Assembly (NCBI GenBank): GCA_963730185.1 | Contig: CAVSQW010000012.1 | Location: forward strand, 128,001 to 192,000 | Reading direction: 5' to 3' | Origin: an uncultured Gemmatimonadales bacterium | GTDB taxonomy: Bacteria > Gemmatimonadota > Gemmatimonadetes > Gemmatimonadales > GWC2-71-9 | Length of the DNA: 64,000 nt | Shown: piece after piece, positions 37,952-48,076 of the stretch | Layout: every line of letters begins with the position of its first letter | Numbering within the stretch: the stretch's first letter is position 1 | Made by a program: the position numbers and the translations under genes | Notes under the pieces: model-generated | Databases searched by the model: none | What the model was told of the DNA's origin: nothing | Seen by the model: the letters and a program-made list of their open reading frames with translations, nothing else

Positions 37952-38182
37952 ATGAATCTCGACATTCGGATGCCGATCGGCCTGATGTTCTCGATCGTGG
38001 GCGTCCTGCTGATCGGCTTCGGCCTGGTCTCGGGACCGGCGATCTACGACCGGTCCCTCGGCATCAACGTGAACCTCTGGTGGGGGCTGGTCCTGCTCGG
38101 CTTCGGGCTCCTGATGGCGGGCTTCGCCTTCCGGAGCCGGGGCGCGCGATCCGATCGCGACCCGGCCGACGCGCCGCAGTAG
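37952..38182 (+). CDS. Small two-TM membrane protein coupled to the SSS gene
   Basis: MNLDIRMPIGLMFSIVGVLLIGFGL..GINVNLWWGLVLLGFGLLM; 7 nt after the SSS stop. Confidence 0.8.
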   Translation: MNLDIRMPIGLMFSIVGVLLIGFGLVSGPAIYDRSLGINVNLWWGLVLLGFGLLMAGFAFRSRGARSDRDPADAPQ

Positions 38183-38219
38183 GGCGCGCCGGCCGGGGAA
38201 TGATCGAAGATGGGAGGAC

Positions 38220-40265
38220 TCAGGGCGCCGGGCGGATCCGGATGGCCTCCCCGCCACCGGGCGCCAGCGCGAGGTGGAGCCGCGTCGCCGAGGTCACCGG
38301 ACGCTTGCTGATCGTGATCGGATACGGGTTGTCGACCCAATCGGCCCCCGGCCCGTCGGCGTAGATCTCCGCGACATACCGCTTGCCCGGCGTCAGGAAG
38401 TCGAGCTTCACGTCGAAGCTCCTTCGTACCTCGTCGGTGATGGCCCCCAGAAACCAGGTCTGGCTGTTCCGGGCTCGCCGGGCCACGACGACGTAGTCTC
38501 CGATCTTCCCGTCGATCACGCGGGTGGTGTCCCAGTCCACCGCCACGTCGCGGATGAACTGGAAGGCCGGCTGCCCCGCGTAGTTCTCGGGCAAATCGGC
38601 CGCCATCTGGAGCGGCGAGTAGATCACCACGTAGAGCGCCAGCTGCTTGGCGAGGGTCGTCCTGACCCGGGGCTCGTCGAGCCGGCGGGCGTGGCCACCA
38701 CTCTTCTCGAGCAGGTCGAAGATCCCCGGCGTGAAGTCCATCGGCCCGGCCAGGAGCCGGGTAAAGAAGAGGTTGATCTCGTGATCCGGCGGATTGCCGC
38801 CGTCGCCGCTCCAGGCGTTGTACTCCTGCCCCCGGGCGCCCTCGCGGCTCATCATGTTGGGGTAGGTCCGTCGCTCGCCGGTGTCGTGCATCGGCTCGTG
38901 GGCGTCGACCGCGATCTCGTGCCGGGCGGCCTCCTCGATCACGTGCCGGTAGTGGCTGACCATGAACTGCGAGTAGTGCGAGTCGCCGTTGCTGGTGAGG
39001 TCGGTGACGTAGCCGGTCTTGATCGCGTGCACCCCCAGCGACTGGTAGAGCGTGTAGGCGCTGTCCATCTGGCGCTCGTAGTTCTCCACCCCGCCCGAGG
39101 TCTCGTTGTGGACGATGAGCTGGACCCCGTGGGCCTTGGCGTACCGGGCCACCTCGGCCAGATCGTAATCCGGATAGGCCTGGGTGAACGAGAAGGCGTT
39201 CCGGTTGGCAATCCAGTCGCCGTCCCACCCCTCGTTCCAGCCCTCCACCAGCACCCCGCCGAACCCGTTCTTGGCGGCGAAGTCGATGTACTTCTTGGCG
39301 TTGGCGGTCGTCGCGCCGTGCTTGGGCCCGGAGCTCCAGGTCATGATGCCGAGATGCATTCCCCACCAGATCCCGACGTATTTCATCGGGTGGATCCAGT
39401 CGGTGCTCGGCAGCACGCTGGGCGGGTTGAGATTGAGGCCCAGCACGGAGGGCGCCAGCTGGGTCGCGCGGTCGGCCAGCTGGACCGTCCGCCACGGCGT
39501 CACGAACGGCGTGTGGCCCCGAACCTTCACGCCGTCGGCCAGCGGCGCCAGGTCGGCGTGCAGGGTGCGGCACTCGCACCGCTCGCCCGCCAGGAACATC
39601 CGGGCATAGTCGACCAGATTGGCCTCGTGGATCACCAGGTAGGTCTTCCCGTCCTGGGTCTCCATGGTCAGCGGGGTCTGGACGCTGTCGATCAGGCTCA
39701 CCGGACTCGACGAGTAGAGCATCTCGGAGCGGTCTTTCCGGGCCCAGTTGGACGGAATCCACCAGGAGCGGGCGTTGTCGGCCAGGGCGAACTCGGTCAG
39801 CTCGCGTGAGATCTCGAACCCGCCGAGGCCGGGTTGCTCCGGCACTTCGTAGCGGAAGCCGATCCCGTCGTCGAAGGCCCGGACCCGGAGGGTGAAGTGA
39901 CGGGCCGGCGCCGCCTTTTCCCGGACGGTCACTGCCAGCTCGTTGTGATGGTCGTGCACTCGTGCCACCTCGCCCCAGGGCTGGGTCCACCACTCGTCGT
40001 GCGAGTCCCGCGCGGTGTCGACGATCGCCAGCCCGTCCCGGAGCGGCGGGGCGTTCCGAAACTCGAAGCCGAGCAGGGAGGGGAGCATCAGGGGACGACC
40101 GTCGCGGGCGAGGCTCCAATAGAGGTGGCCGTCCCGAACCTCGACGGTCACGGCGTTTCGGCCATCGGGCGAGGTGACCCGGGCCTGGGCGCGCGCGGCG
40201 GTAGACCCGGTGAGTGAAATGAGGGCCGCGAGGCCGAGCGGCACGATACGCGGGAGGTTTGACAT
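38220..40265 (-). CDS. Glycoside hydrolase family 97 (SusB-like alpha-glucosidase)
   Basis: VTSPDG, RAFDDGIGFRY, TPWRT, KYVGIWWGMH, HGATT, LVEGWN, HNETS, IKTGYV, AHEP, REGARGQEYNAW, GPMDFTPG; ATG 40265 with signal peptide. Confidence 0.92.
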   Translation of the reverse strand: MSNLPRIVPLGLAALISLTGSTAARAQARVTSPDGRNAVTVEVRDGHLYWSLARDGRPLMLPSLLGFEFRNAPPLRDGLAIVDTARDSHDEWWTQPWGEVARVHDHHNELAVTVREKAAPARHFTLRVRAFDDGIGFRYEVPEQPGLGGFEISRELTEFALADNARSWWIPSNWARKDRSEMLYSSSPVSLIDSVQTPLTMETQDGKTYLVIHEANLVDYARMFLAGERCECRTLHADLAPLADGVKVRGHTPFVTPWRTVQLADRATQLAPSVLGLNLNPPSVLPSTDWIHPMKYVGIWWGMHLGIMTWSSGPKHGATTANAKKYIDFAAKNGFGGVLVEGWNEGWDGDWIANRNAFSFTQAYPDYDLAEVARYAKAHGVQLIVHNETSGGVENYERQMDSAYTLYQSLGVHAIKTGYVTDLTSNGDSHYSQFMVSHYRHVIEEAARHEIAVDAHEPMHDTGERRTYPNMMSREGARGQEYNAWSGDGGNPPDHEINLFFTRLLAGPMDFTPGIFDLLEKSGGHARRLDEPRVRTTLAKQLALYVVIYSPLQMAADLPENYAGQPAFQFIRDVAVDWDTTRVIDGKIGDYVVVARRARNSQTWFLGAITDEVRRSFDVKLDFLTPGKRYVAEIYADGPGADWVDNPYPITISKRPVTSATRLHLALAPGGGEAIRIRPAP

Positions 40266-40303
40266 ACAGCTTCCTCGAGAGAGACGAACGTCGAGCAGTC
40301 CAA

Positions 40304-41443
40304 TCATCGGGCTTGGATAGCCGCGGCGGCCGGGAGGGCGTTGCCCTGGTCATCGAACAGGGCCAGGGACCCGCCGCCCCACACGAACAGCCCGGGCACC
40401 TGAATCGACTCGGGATACCACCAGAGCACGCCGGCGCCCCGGCCATCGGGCACGGACGCCACCGCCGCGACCAGATCGCTGAGGTAGGTCTTCTGGCCGG
40501 CTTTGGTCACCGGCCAGGCCATCGACGCCGGGGAGCCGCCCAGGCCTTCCCAGCCGCCGGCCCGCCACGGATAGGCGGTTTCGACCACCATCACGTCCTT
40601 GCCGAAGCGCTGGGCGGCGGCCCCCAAGTTGGCCGTCAGATCGGCGAGTGAGCGTGCACCGTGCCACCAGGGATAGTAGCTCAGACCGATCAGATCGAAC
40701 GGCACCCCGTAATCGGTCATCTCGTCGAAGAAGGCCCGGGTGCCGGCCAGGCTGCCGCCCTGGGAAAAGTGTAGCATGACGAGGGCCGAGTCGCCCGGCG
40801 GCGTCGCGGAGCGAACCCCCCGGATCCCGGCCTGGAGGAGTCGGGTGCAGCGGACCCACTGGGTCGCCGAATCGCCGCCTGCCCCGCCGATCCGGCCGAG
40901 CGGCCAGAGCAGGCCCGCATCGATCTCGTTCCCGATCTGCACGATGTCGGGCAACGCGCCCGCCTCGGCCAGCCGGGTCAGGACCGAGTCGGTGTAGGTC
41001 TCGACTTCGCGCTCGAGGGCGTCGAAGTCGAGCGCCGCCCACGCGGCGGGAGTGGACTGGTGGCCGGGGTCGGCCCAGGTATCGGAGTAGTGGAGGTCGA
41101 GCAGGAGCCTGGCGCCGGTCGCCTTGACCCGGCCGGCCAGACGGACCGAGTAGTCTAGGTCGTTGACCTGGACCTCGTCCTGGTTGGGATGCACGAACAG
41201 ACGGAGCCGGAACAGGTTGGCGCCGCGCGACCGGAGAATGGCCAAGGCGTCGCCCGGCTGTCCACCGTCGCGAAACTGACCGCCGGCCTGCTCGATCCGC
41301 TCCAGGGCCGACACGTCGGCCCCCGCGAATCGGAGGCTCGGGATCGTCGGCGACGGCGCCGTGGCCTGCCCACCGCACCCCGCCAACAGCAGGATGACCG
41401 CGACGGCTCGGAGGCGGCGCCCCCGACGCCCTGGGATCGACAC
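40304..41443 (-). CDS. GH53 endo-1,4-beta-galactanase, lipoprotein
   Basis: Lipobox LAGC; GADVS, RLRLFVHP, LDLHYSDTWADPGHQ, VQIGNE, GLSYYPWWHG, VETAYP, WYPE. Confidence 0.92.
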   Translation of the reverse strand: MSIPGRRGRRLRAVAVILLLAGCGGQATAPSPTIPSLRFAGADVSALERIEQAGGQFRDGGQPGDALAILRSRGANLFRLRLFVHPNQDEVQVNDLDYSVRLAGRVKATGARLLLDLHYSDTWADPGHQSTPAAWAALDFDALEREVETYTDSVLTRLAEAGALPDIVQIGNEIDAGLLWPLGRIGGAGGDSATQWVRCTRLLQAGIRGVRSATPPGDSALVMLHFSQGGSLAGTRAFFDEMTDYGVPFDLIGLSYYPWWHGARSLADLTANLGAAAQRFGKDVMVVETAYPWRAGGWEGLGGSPASMAWPVTKAGQKTYLSDLVAAVASVPDGRGAGVLWWYPESIQVPGLFVWGGGSLALFDDQGNALPAAAAIQAR

Positions 41444-41454
41444 GCCAGGGCCGC

Positions 41455-44127
41455 CTAACGTCGGGGCGAGGGGCGACCCGGCGCCCCGCCGAGCTCCAGC
41501 CGAACCGACTCGACCTCCACCCCGTAGACCCCGCGCCTGGCCGGCGGTCCCGGCTCGGGGCGGAGCGAGAGCTGCAGTCGCTCGAGCTCCGCCGGGCGGA
41601 GGTGATCTCCGGCGCCACCCCGCCCCGCCGCCGGGCCCACCCAGTAGCTCCAATTGCCCGGGAACCCCTGCGGAAGGAGCACCCCCCGGCCGGCCTGGAA
41701 CGCCGCCAGTGGGATGGTTCGTTCGGTCCAGCCGGAATCGACGGTCACGGGCGCGGTCCAGCTGGTCCCGTCGGCCTCCATCAGGGTCAGGTGGAGTGTC
41801 TGGCGAGGGCCAAGGCCGCGAAGCCGGATTCGGACCGCGCCGGCTCGGGCGATCGCGTCGTGGCGGGCCCGGATCCGATCCTCGATCACCAGCGACGCGG
41901 TGTAGTCCGGGGGGCTCCAGCCGTTCGGCGCGACCGGCAGCTCGAGGTGAAAGACCGGCCGGCCGGTGACCTCGGACAAGCCCACCCGGAAGAGACCCAG
42001 CCGACCGGCGTCGCCGATCCGCGTGAAGGCCAGCCGACGCGCATCGGTTCCAGGAGCGAACAGAGTCACCGGGGTGGCCTCGCCGACCATCGTGAGGCTC
42101 CAGGCGGCGCCGTCGTAGTCGTTCCAGGCGCCCGGCCGCTCCGATCGGGCTCCCGGAAAGGTCGTTCCCGTCCCGGCGCGGTAGAGCGTGATCACGAACC
42201 GGTACGGCCCTTCCGCGAGGGTCTCGCCGGGAATGGCAGCCCGGTAGCGATAGCCGCCGGCCGGCGCCATCGGGTATCGTCGGTAGAAGCCGCCGGCCGC
42301 CGGCCGAATCCAGAGCGCGACCGAGTCGGGCGGCTGGTCGTCGACCACCCGCGCGGTGAGCTCGATCGGCCGGCCGGCCAGGAATGCCGGCGCGGCCAGC
42401 GACTCGATCGAGGGTGGCAGTGATTCCACCGGCGGGGGATGGTACTCGGCGAAGCCGATCCGGCCGAGGGTGGCCGGCAGGGTGGCGGGATCGACCGCGC
42501 CGCCGGCGCTCAGGACGTACACGCCGGGTCGGACGGTAAAGCGGCCCCCTTCGGCCCGCTGCTCGGTCGGGTTCCCGGCGGAGATCGGCTGCACCGTGAA
42601 CGAGGGTCCGAGGTCGGGGAGGTCGACCGTCATGCCCCAGGTCCGGCTGATCGCGCGGGTCACGATCTTGTCGGCGTTCGGCGGCTCGAACGGGTCGCGA
42701 ACCGGTACGGCGTCGGGATAGATCTCCAGCCGCCAGAGCCCCGACCGGACCTTGTCGAGGAAATAGATCCCTCGGCCCTCGTAGCCCACCGTGCTCGACG
42801 ATCCGAACCCGGCCACCCGGTCCAGCCGGCGGGGATCGGGTGGCACCGCCCGGGTGGAGCTGGTGTAGAGGAACGCGTCCGGCGCCACCAGCTCGCCGAG
42901 ATCGCCCTGGTACGAGACGTGGAAGTCGCCGAACCTCGTGTTCGCGGGATAGGACCCGTACGACTTCATCCGGGGCAGGCGGCGCATCGCCTCCGCCGCG
43001 ATGATCGCGCTCATCGCCTTTCGCGGGGTGTAGACCAGGTTCAGGTAGTGGGTCTGCCACCCCAGGTTCCGGGAGGCCGTCCGGAGCATGTCGTAGGAGA
43101 ACATCGCCGCGAACTGGGCGCCGACCGACCGGAAGGTCCGGACCATGGCCGGATACATCGTGCCGGTCCGGAGATCAGGGCTGTCGAATTCGTACACGAT
43201 CCGCGGGAGCCGAGCCAGCTCGGGCCGGAGCATGTCGGGGTACCCATCGGTGGTTCGGAGGTAGTTGCCCTGGAGCTCGTGACCGCTGTTGAGCCCGGTC
43301 GGATACCAGCCGAAGGTCACGCCCTGGGCCCGCGACCGGGCGATCGCCTCGCCGATCCGGAAGTCCTGGCTCACGTTGTGGAACACGAGCTTGGTACACC
43401 CGGTGCTCCGGACCGCCTCGGTGAGGGTGTCGATGTAGCGGATCGAGCCGGCCAGGTCCTCCGGGTGATGCCAGGGCTCGTTCACCAACTCGACGAAGAG
43501 GATCGCGGGCTCGTCCTTGAGGGCCACGCCGGTGTAGGGATTGACGTGGTTCAGGATCTGGCGGAGGTAGTTCACCTGAGCCGCGATGGCCTTCGGATCG
43601 GTGCCCATCGGGCCCTTCCCGAAGTGCCGTCCAAAGCCCGGCGCCGACGTGTCGGCGATCGCGTCCGGCCAGTTCGAGCCGTAGAGCTGGATCGGGCTGA
43701 ACAGCAGGTAGATCCCCCGCTCGCGAGCCCGGGCGATCAGATAGTCCAGCAGGTCGAGGTGATCGTTCGCGATCAGGTTGCCCGCGCTGTCGGACGCTTC
43801 CCAGTCTCCCCAGAAGGTGAGCCGGATCCCGTCCCATCCCATCCGGGCGAATTGGGCCATGTCCTCGTCGATCATCTGCCTGCGATCGGCGTGGACGTAG
43901 CCGGCGGCCCGATAGTCCGAGGCGGTGGTCACCACGTAGTTCGCGCCGAGCAGCGAGACCTCGGTGCCGTCGTCCCGCCAGCGAACGACGCCGGTGCTGT
44001 CGAGAAAGACGGCCCGGTCGGCCCGGATGGAGGCGGGCAGGTCGACGGACGGCCGGGTCTGGGCCGACGCCGATCCGGGGCCCGACCAGATCAGGGCCAG
44101 GGCGGCGAGGGCGAGAAGCGGTCGCAT
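41455..44127 (-). CDS. Clan GH-A glycoside hydrolase, GH147-like (putative beta-galactosidase) with C-terminal accessory domain(s)
   Basis: Signal peptide; GVVRWRDDG.EVSLLGANY, GNLIANDHLDLLDYLI, HVNPYTG..LKDEP, acid/base ELVNEP, nucleophile VYEFD, YLNLVYTP.KA. Resembles, from memory, the GH147 enzyme of Bacteroides galactan PULs; flanked by GH2 and GH53. Confidence 0.7.
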   Translation of the reverse strand: MRPLLALAALALIWSGPGSASAQTRPSVDLPASIRADRAVFLDSTGVVRWRDDGTEVSLLGANYVVTTASDYRAAGYVHADRRQMIDEDMAQFARMGWDGIRLTFWGDWEASDSAGNLIANDHLDLLDYLIARARERGIYLLFSPIQLYGSNWPDAIADTSAPGFGRHFGKGPMGTDPKAIAAQVNYLRQILNHVNPYTGVALKDEPAILFVELVNEPWHHPEDLAGSIRYIDTLTEAVRSTGCTKLVFHNVSQDFRIGEAIARSRAQGVTFGWYPTGLNSGHELQGNYLRTTDGYPDMLRPELARLPRIVYEFDSPDLRTGTMYPAMVRTFRSVGAQFAAMFSYDMLRTASRNLGWQTHYLNLVYTPRKAMSAIIAAEAMRRLPRMKSYGSYPANTRFGDFHVSYQGDLGELVAPDAFLYTSSTRAVPPDPRRLDRVAGFGSSSTVGYEGRGIYFLDKVRSGLWRLEIYPDAVPVRDPFEPPNADKIVTRAISRTWGMTVDLPDLGPSFTVQPISAGNPTEQRAEGGRFTVRPGVYVLSAGGAVDPATLPATLGRIGFAEYHPPPVESLPPSIESLAAPAFLAGRPIELTARVVDDQPPDSVALWIRPAAGGFYRRYPMAPAGGYRYRAAIPGETLAEGPYRFVITLYRAGTGTTFPGARSERPGAWNDYDGAAWSLTMVGEATPVTLFAPGTDARRLAFTRIGDAGRLGLFRVGLSEVTGRPVFHLELPVAPNGWSPPDYTASLVIEDRIRARHDAIARAGAVRIRLRGLGPRQTLHLTLMEADGTSWTAPVTVDSGWTERTIPLAAFQAGRGVLLPQGFPGNWSYWVGPAAGRGGAGDHLRPAELERLQLSLRPEPGPPARRGVYGVEVESVRLELGGAPGRPSPRR

Positions 44128-44135
44128 CGGAGCTC

Positions 44136-46607
44136 CTACCGGGCGGCCGGAACGACCGGGCCCATCTCACCCGGCCCCACCGGGATGGTGATCTGGCCGT
44201 CCCGGAGACCGGGCGCGGTCGCCTTGACCACCAGCCGCCCGGCCCGGCTGGCCCGGAGAATCGCCAGGCCCCGGCCGTTGAAGACGTGACGCCGAGGGGT
44301 CCGGTAGGGGTCGTGGTCGCTCAGGTCGGCGTTGTCGAGGGCCACGAGCTCCCCGCCGGTCGCGGTGACGGTCACCAGATCGGTCGCGGTCGGCACGACC
44401 GTCCCCGCCGCGTCCACCACCTCGAATCGCACCAGGGCCACGTCGCCCGGAGCGGTGGTCAGGGTGTCCCGCTCGGCCACCAGCCGGAGCGCGGCCGGGG
44501 TCCCCGCCGTTCGGACCGAGTCGTGGCAGGCGACGGTGCCGTCGCGGGTCTTGCCCACCGCCTCGAGGAGACCGGGCTCGTACGGCACGTCCCAGGAGAC
44601 GTGGAGATCGTTGGTGGTGGGCCGGACCACCGGAAGGGCATAGGTGTTCCAACCGCCCGACACGCCCTGGGCGGGGAACTCCATCCGCTTCTCGCCGAGC
44701 GAGCGCCCGTTGAGGAACAGCTCGACGACGTTGCAGTTGCTGAACGCCACCACCGGAATCACCTGGCCTTGCCGTCCCGGCCAGTTCCAATGGGGAAAGA
44801 GATGGAGGACCGGCCGGTCGCTCCAGAGGCTCTGATAGAGGTAGTACGAGTCCTTGGGTCGGCCGGTGATGTCGAGCACCCCGGAGCCGAAGCCCTTGAA
44901 CGGCCAGGTGGCCTCGCCCAGATAGTCGACGCCGGTCCACATGAAGTCGCCCGAGAAGTAATCGTGCATGGTGATCCACTTCCAGCGGCGCTCGGCCTGG
45001 GTCATCCCGCTGGCGTAGTTGGCCCGGACCACGGCCGGGTCGTCGCCCAGCGAGTAGCGCTCGTCCCGGCTCTGGAACATGTTGCCGCTCTCGGTGCCGA
45101 CCATCTTCCAGTCGGGATGGGCGTGCCGGTCGGGCTCCGCGAAGATCTCCCGCCGCTCGTGCCACCGGTCCACGTAGTTGTAACCCACCACGTCTTCGGC
45201 GCTCAGGAACTCGGCCGAGGCGGCGTGCCCGTCGGCGGCGATCTGGTCGTTGCCGGTGGTCACCGGGCGGGTGGGGTCTTCGCGATGGAAGATGTCGAGC
45301 AGCCGCTTCAGCACCCGGACGCCGTCCGAGGCCGACTGCTCGCCGATCTCGTTCCCGGCGCTCCAGAGCACGATCGACGGGTGGTTCCGGTCGCGGTGGA
45401 CGAAGTCGACCACGTCGCGCTCCGACCACTCGTCGAAGTAGCGATGATACCCCTCGGGCACCTTCCCGATGGTCCACTCGTCGAACGCCTCGGCCATCAC
45501 CAGGAATCCCATCCGGTCGCAGAGGTCCAGGAACTCCGGCGCCGGCGGATTGTGCGAAGTGCGAATCGCATTGACCCCCATCGCCTTGAGCGCGGCCAGC
45601 CGGGTCTCCCAGATCGCCTCGGGCACCGCCGCCCCGACCGCGCCGCCGTCGTGATGGAGGTTCACCCCGCGGAGCTTGACTCGCCGCCCGTTGAGGAGAA
45701 AGCCGCGATCGGCGTCCCAGGCGATCGACCGGACCCCGAACCGGGTGGCGATCTGGTCGACCGCGCGCGGCCCGTCCAGCACCTCGCTCCGGGCCGTGTA
45801 GCGATCCGGCGTCTCGACCGACCAGAGCCGGGGGTCGGTCAGCTCGACCCGCTGCTCCACCTCGGTCGCTTCGCCCGCGGCCAGAGTGAAGGGCGTCTCG
45901 ATCCGGGCCGCCTCGCGACCGGCGGGATCCTCGATGACGGTCCGCAGCACCCCCCGCCCGGCGGAGCTCCGATGGTTCTCGACCCGGGTGCGGAGCCGCA
46001 CCTCGGCGCCGGCGGAGTCCGCCCGCGGCGTGGTGACATACGCGCCCCAATGACCGACGTGGAGCCGATCGACCGCGGTGAGCCAGACGTGCCGGTAGAT
46101 GCCGCTCCCGGTATACCAGCGCGAGTTCGGCTGGCGCGAGTTGTCCACCCGGACCGCCACGACATTGACCCCGGACACGAGATGATCGGTCACGTCGTAC
46201 CCGAAGCTGGCATAGCCGAAGGGCCGCCGTCCGAGATGATGGCCGTTGATCCAGACGTCGCTGTTCATGTAGACGCCGTCGAACTCGAGCCACACCTCGC
46301 GGTCGCGGCCCCGAGCGCCGTCCGGCAGCCGGAACGCCTTCCGATACCAGCCGATGCCCGACGGGAAGTAACCCATCGACCCACCGCCCGGCGCGGGCTC
46401 GCTGGGGGCGCCCTCGATACTCCAGTCGTGGGGGAGATCCACCCGGCGCCAGCTCCGGTCGTCGAAGCCGGGGCGATCGGCCCCGGCCGGATCGCCCACC
46501 ACGAAGCGCCAACCCGGGTCCATCGCATAGCGCTGGCGCTGAGCCTGACCCGGGACGGTGCCCAGCGAGATGGCCACCGCCACGAGCAGCAGAGTCGAAC
46601 GAACCAT
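44136..46607 (-). CDS. GH2 beta-galactosidase-like glycoside hydrolase
   Basis: DLPHDWSIE, GIGWYRK, FDGVYMNS, PNSRWYTGSGIYR, NAIRTSHNPP, RDRNHPSIVLWSAGNE, WTGVDYLGE, PHWNW; ATG 46607 with signal peptide. Confidence 0.92.
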   Translation of the reverse strand: MVRSTLLLVAVAISLGTVPGQAQRQRYAMDPGWRFVVGDPAGADRPGFDDRSWRRVDLPHDWSIEGAPSEPAPGGGSMGYFPSGIGWYRKAFRLPDGARGRDREVWLEFDGVYMNSDVWINGHHLGRRPFGYASFGYDVTDHLVSGVNVVAVRVDNSRQPNSRWYTGSGIYRHVWLTAVDRLHVGHWGAYVTTPRADSAGAEVRLRTRVENHRSSAGRGVLRTVIEDPAGREAARIETPFTLAAGEATEVEQRVELTDPRLWSVETPDRYTARSEVLDGPRAVDQIATRFGVRSIAWDADRGFLLNGRRVKLRGVNLHHDGGAVGAAVPEAIWETRLAALKAMGVNAIRTSHNPPAPEFLDLCDRMGFLVMAEAFDEWTIGKVPEGYHRYFDEWSERDVVDFVHRDRNHPSIVLWSAGNEIGEQSASDGVRVLKRLLDIFHREDPTRPVTTGNDQIAADGHAASAEFLSAEDVVGYNYVDRWHERREIFAEPDRHAHPDWKMVGTESGNMFQSRDERYSLGDDPAVVRANYASGMTQAERRWKWITMHDYFSGDFMWTGVDYLGEATWPFKGFGSGVLDITGRPKDSYYLYQSLWSDRPVLHLFPHWNWPGRQGQVIPVVAFSNCNVVELFLNGRSLGEKRMEFPAQGVSGGWNTYALPVVRPTTNDLHVSWDVPYEPGLLEAVGKTRDGTVACHDSVRTAGTPAALRLVAERDTLTTAPGDVALVRFEVVDAAGTVVPTATDLVTVTATGGELVALDNADLSDHDPYRTPRRHVFNGRGLAILRASRAGRLVVKATAPGLRDGQITIPVGPGEMGPVVPAAR

Positions 46608-46708
46608 CAGGAGCCTTCCTTCGATCGCGAGAGGGCCCGCGGCTGTCGCGGCCGCGGACCGACCACTACATTCCCGGTCCAATCAGTGAATCGGTCTGGG
46701 TAGCGACG

Positions 46709-48076
46709 ATGCGACATCTCCTTCTCAAAACGGCGCTTCCGATCTGCCTCGTGGCGTCGTCGGCCGCCGCGCAATCCACCCCGGCCCTGGCGCCCGACAC
46801 GTCGTGGGTCTCGCGGGCCACGCTCTACGAGGTGTTCGTGCGGGACTTCTCCGCCACCGGCGGCTTCGCGGGCGTGACTCGCGGGCTCGACCGGATCCAG
46901 GCCGCCGGGGCGAACACCATCTGGTTGATGCCGATCTTCCCCGTCGGCGTCAAGAATCGGAAGGATCCGCTCGGTTCGCCCTATTCGGTAGCCGACTATC
47001 GGGCCGTGAATCCGGCCTTCGGCACCGCTGACGAATTCCGGGACCTGGTCCGCGCGGCGCATGCCCGCGGCCTCAAGGTGATCCTCGACTGGGTCCCGAA
47101 CCATACCTCGTGGGATGCCGTGTGGGTTCGCGAGCACCCCGAGTACTACCTCCGCGACTCGGCCGGGAAGATGACCGTGCCCCGGGACGAGAAGGGGAAG
47201 CTCACCGACTGGACCGACGTCGCCCAGCTCGACTACGACAACCCCGGCCTCCGGCACGCCATGATCGACGCCATGCGCTACTGGCTCGACGAGTTCGGGA
47301 TCGACGGGTTTCGGTGCGACGTCGCCGGGTTCGTGCCGGATCGCTTCTGGCGCGAGGCGATTCCGGCGCTTCGCCGCTCCGTCGACCGCCCGATCCTTTT
47401 CCTGGCCGAGTGGGGCGACCTGAAGATGCACCAGGTGGGCTTCGACCTGACCTACGGCTGGGACGCCTACGCCCGGCTCAAGACGGTCTGGAAGGGAGCC
47501 CCGGCCTCGGGCTTCGTCCAGGGCGAGGTCGCCGACGCCCGGGCCATGCCACCCGGCGGGATGCGACTCCGGTTCACGACCAACCACGACGAAACGGCCT
47601 GGGACCAGCCGCCGGTGACGCTGTTCGGCGGCACCGCCGGCGCCCGGGCCGCGTTCGTGGCGATGGCGCTGATGCCGGGCCGGCCGCTGCTCTACGACGG
47701 CCAGGAGATCGAGAGCCCCAAGCAGCTCGGCCTCTTCACCCGGGACCCGATCGACTGGGATCGACCCGGCGCCGCGGTGGCCCGGCGGTTCTACGCCCGG
47801 GTCATGCGCCTGGCCGGCTCCGACGCGGATCTGCTCCGCGGGCCCCTGGCGGCGGTCCAGAGCTCGGCCCCTGACGACGTGATCGCCTACCGTCGAGGCC
47901 GGCTGGTGATCCTGGTGAACGCCCGGAATCACGCGGTTACGCCGTCGGTCTCCGGCGGGTTGGTGGACGGCGCCCGCGATCTGCTGTCGTCTCGGATTCA
48001 GCGAGGCAACGAGGTCGCGCTCCCGCCCTACGGCGCGGTGGTGCTCGAGCCGCCGGCGACCGGTCACCGCCCCTGA
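46709..48076 (+). CDS. GH13 alpha-amylase family protein, secreted
   Basis: YEVFVRDF, WLMPIFP, GSPYSVADY, LDWVPNH, DGFRCDVA, LAEW, TNHDE. Confidence 0.9.
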   Translation: MRHLLLKTALPICLVASSAAAQSTPALAPDTSWVSRATLYEVFVRDFSATGGFAGVTRGLDRIQAAGANTIWLMPIFPVGVKNRKDPLGSPYSVADYRAVNPAFGTADEFRDLVRAAHARGLKVILDWVPNHTSWDAVWVREHPEYYLRDSAGKMTVPRDEKGKLTDWTDVAQLDYDNPGLRHAMIDAMRYWLDEFGIDGFRCDVAGFVPDRFWREAIPALRRSVDRPILFLAEWGDLKMHQVGFDLTYGWDAYARLKTVWKGAPASGFVQGEVADARAMPPGGMRLRFTTNHDETAWDQPPVTLFGGTAGARAAFVAMALMPGRPLLYDGQEIESPKQLGLFTRDPIDWDRPGAAVARRFYARVMRLAGSDADLLRGPLAAVQSSAPDDVIAYRRGRLVILVNARNHAVTPSVSGGLVDGARDLLSSRIQRGNEVALPPYGAVVLEPPATGHRP

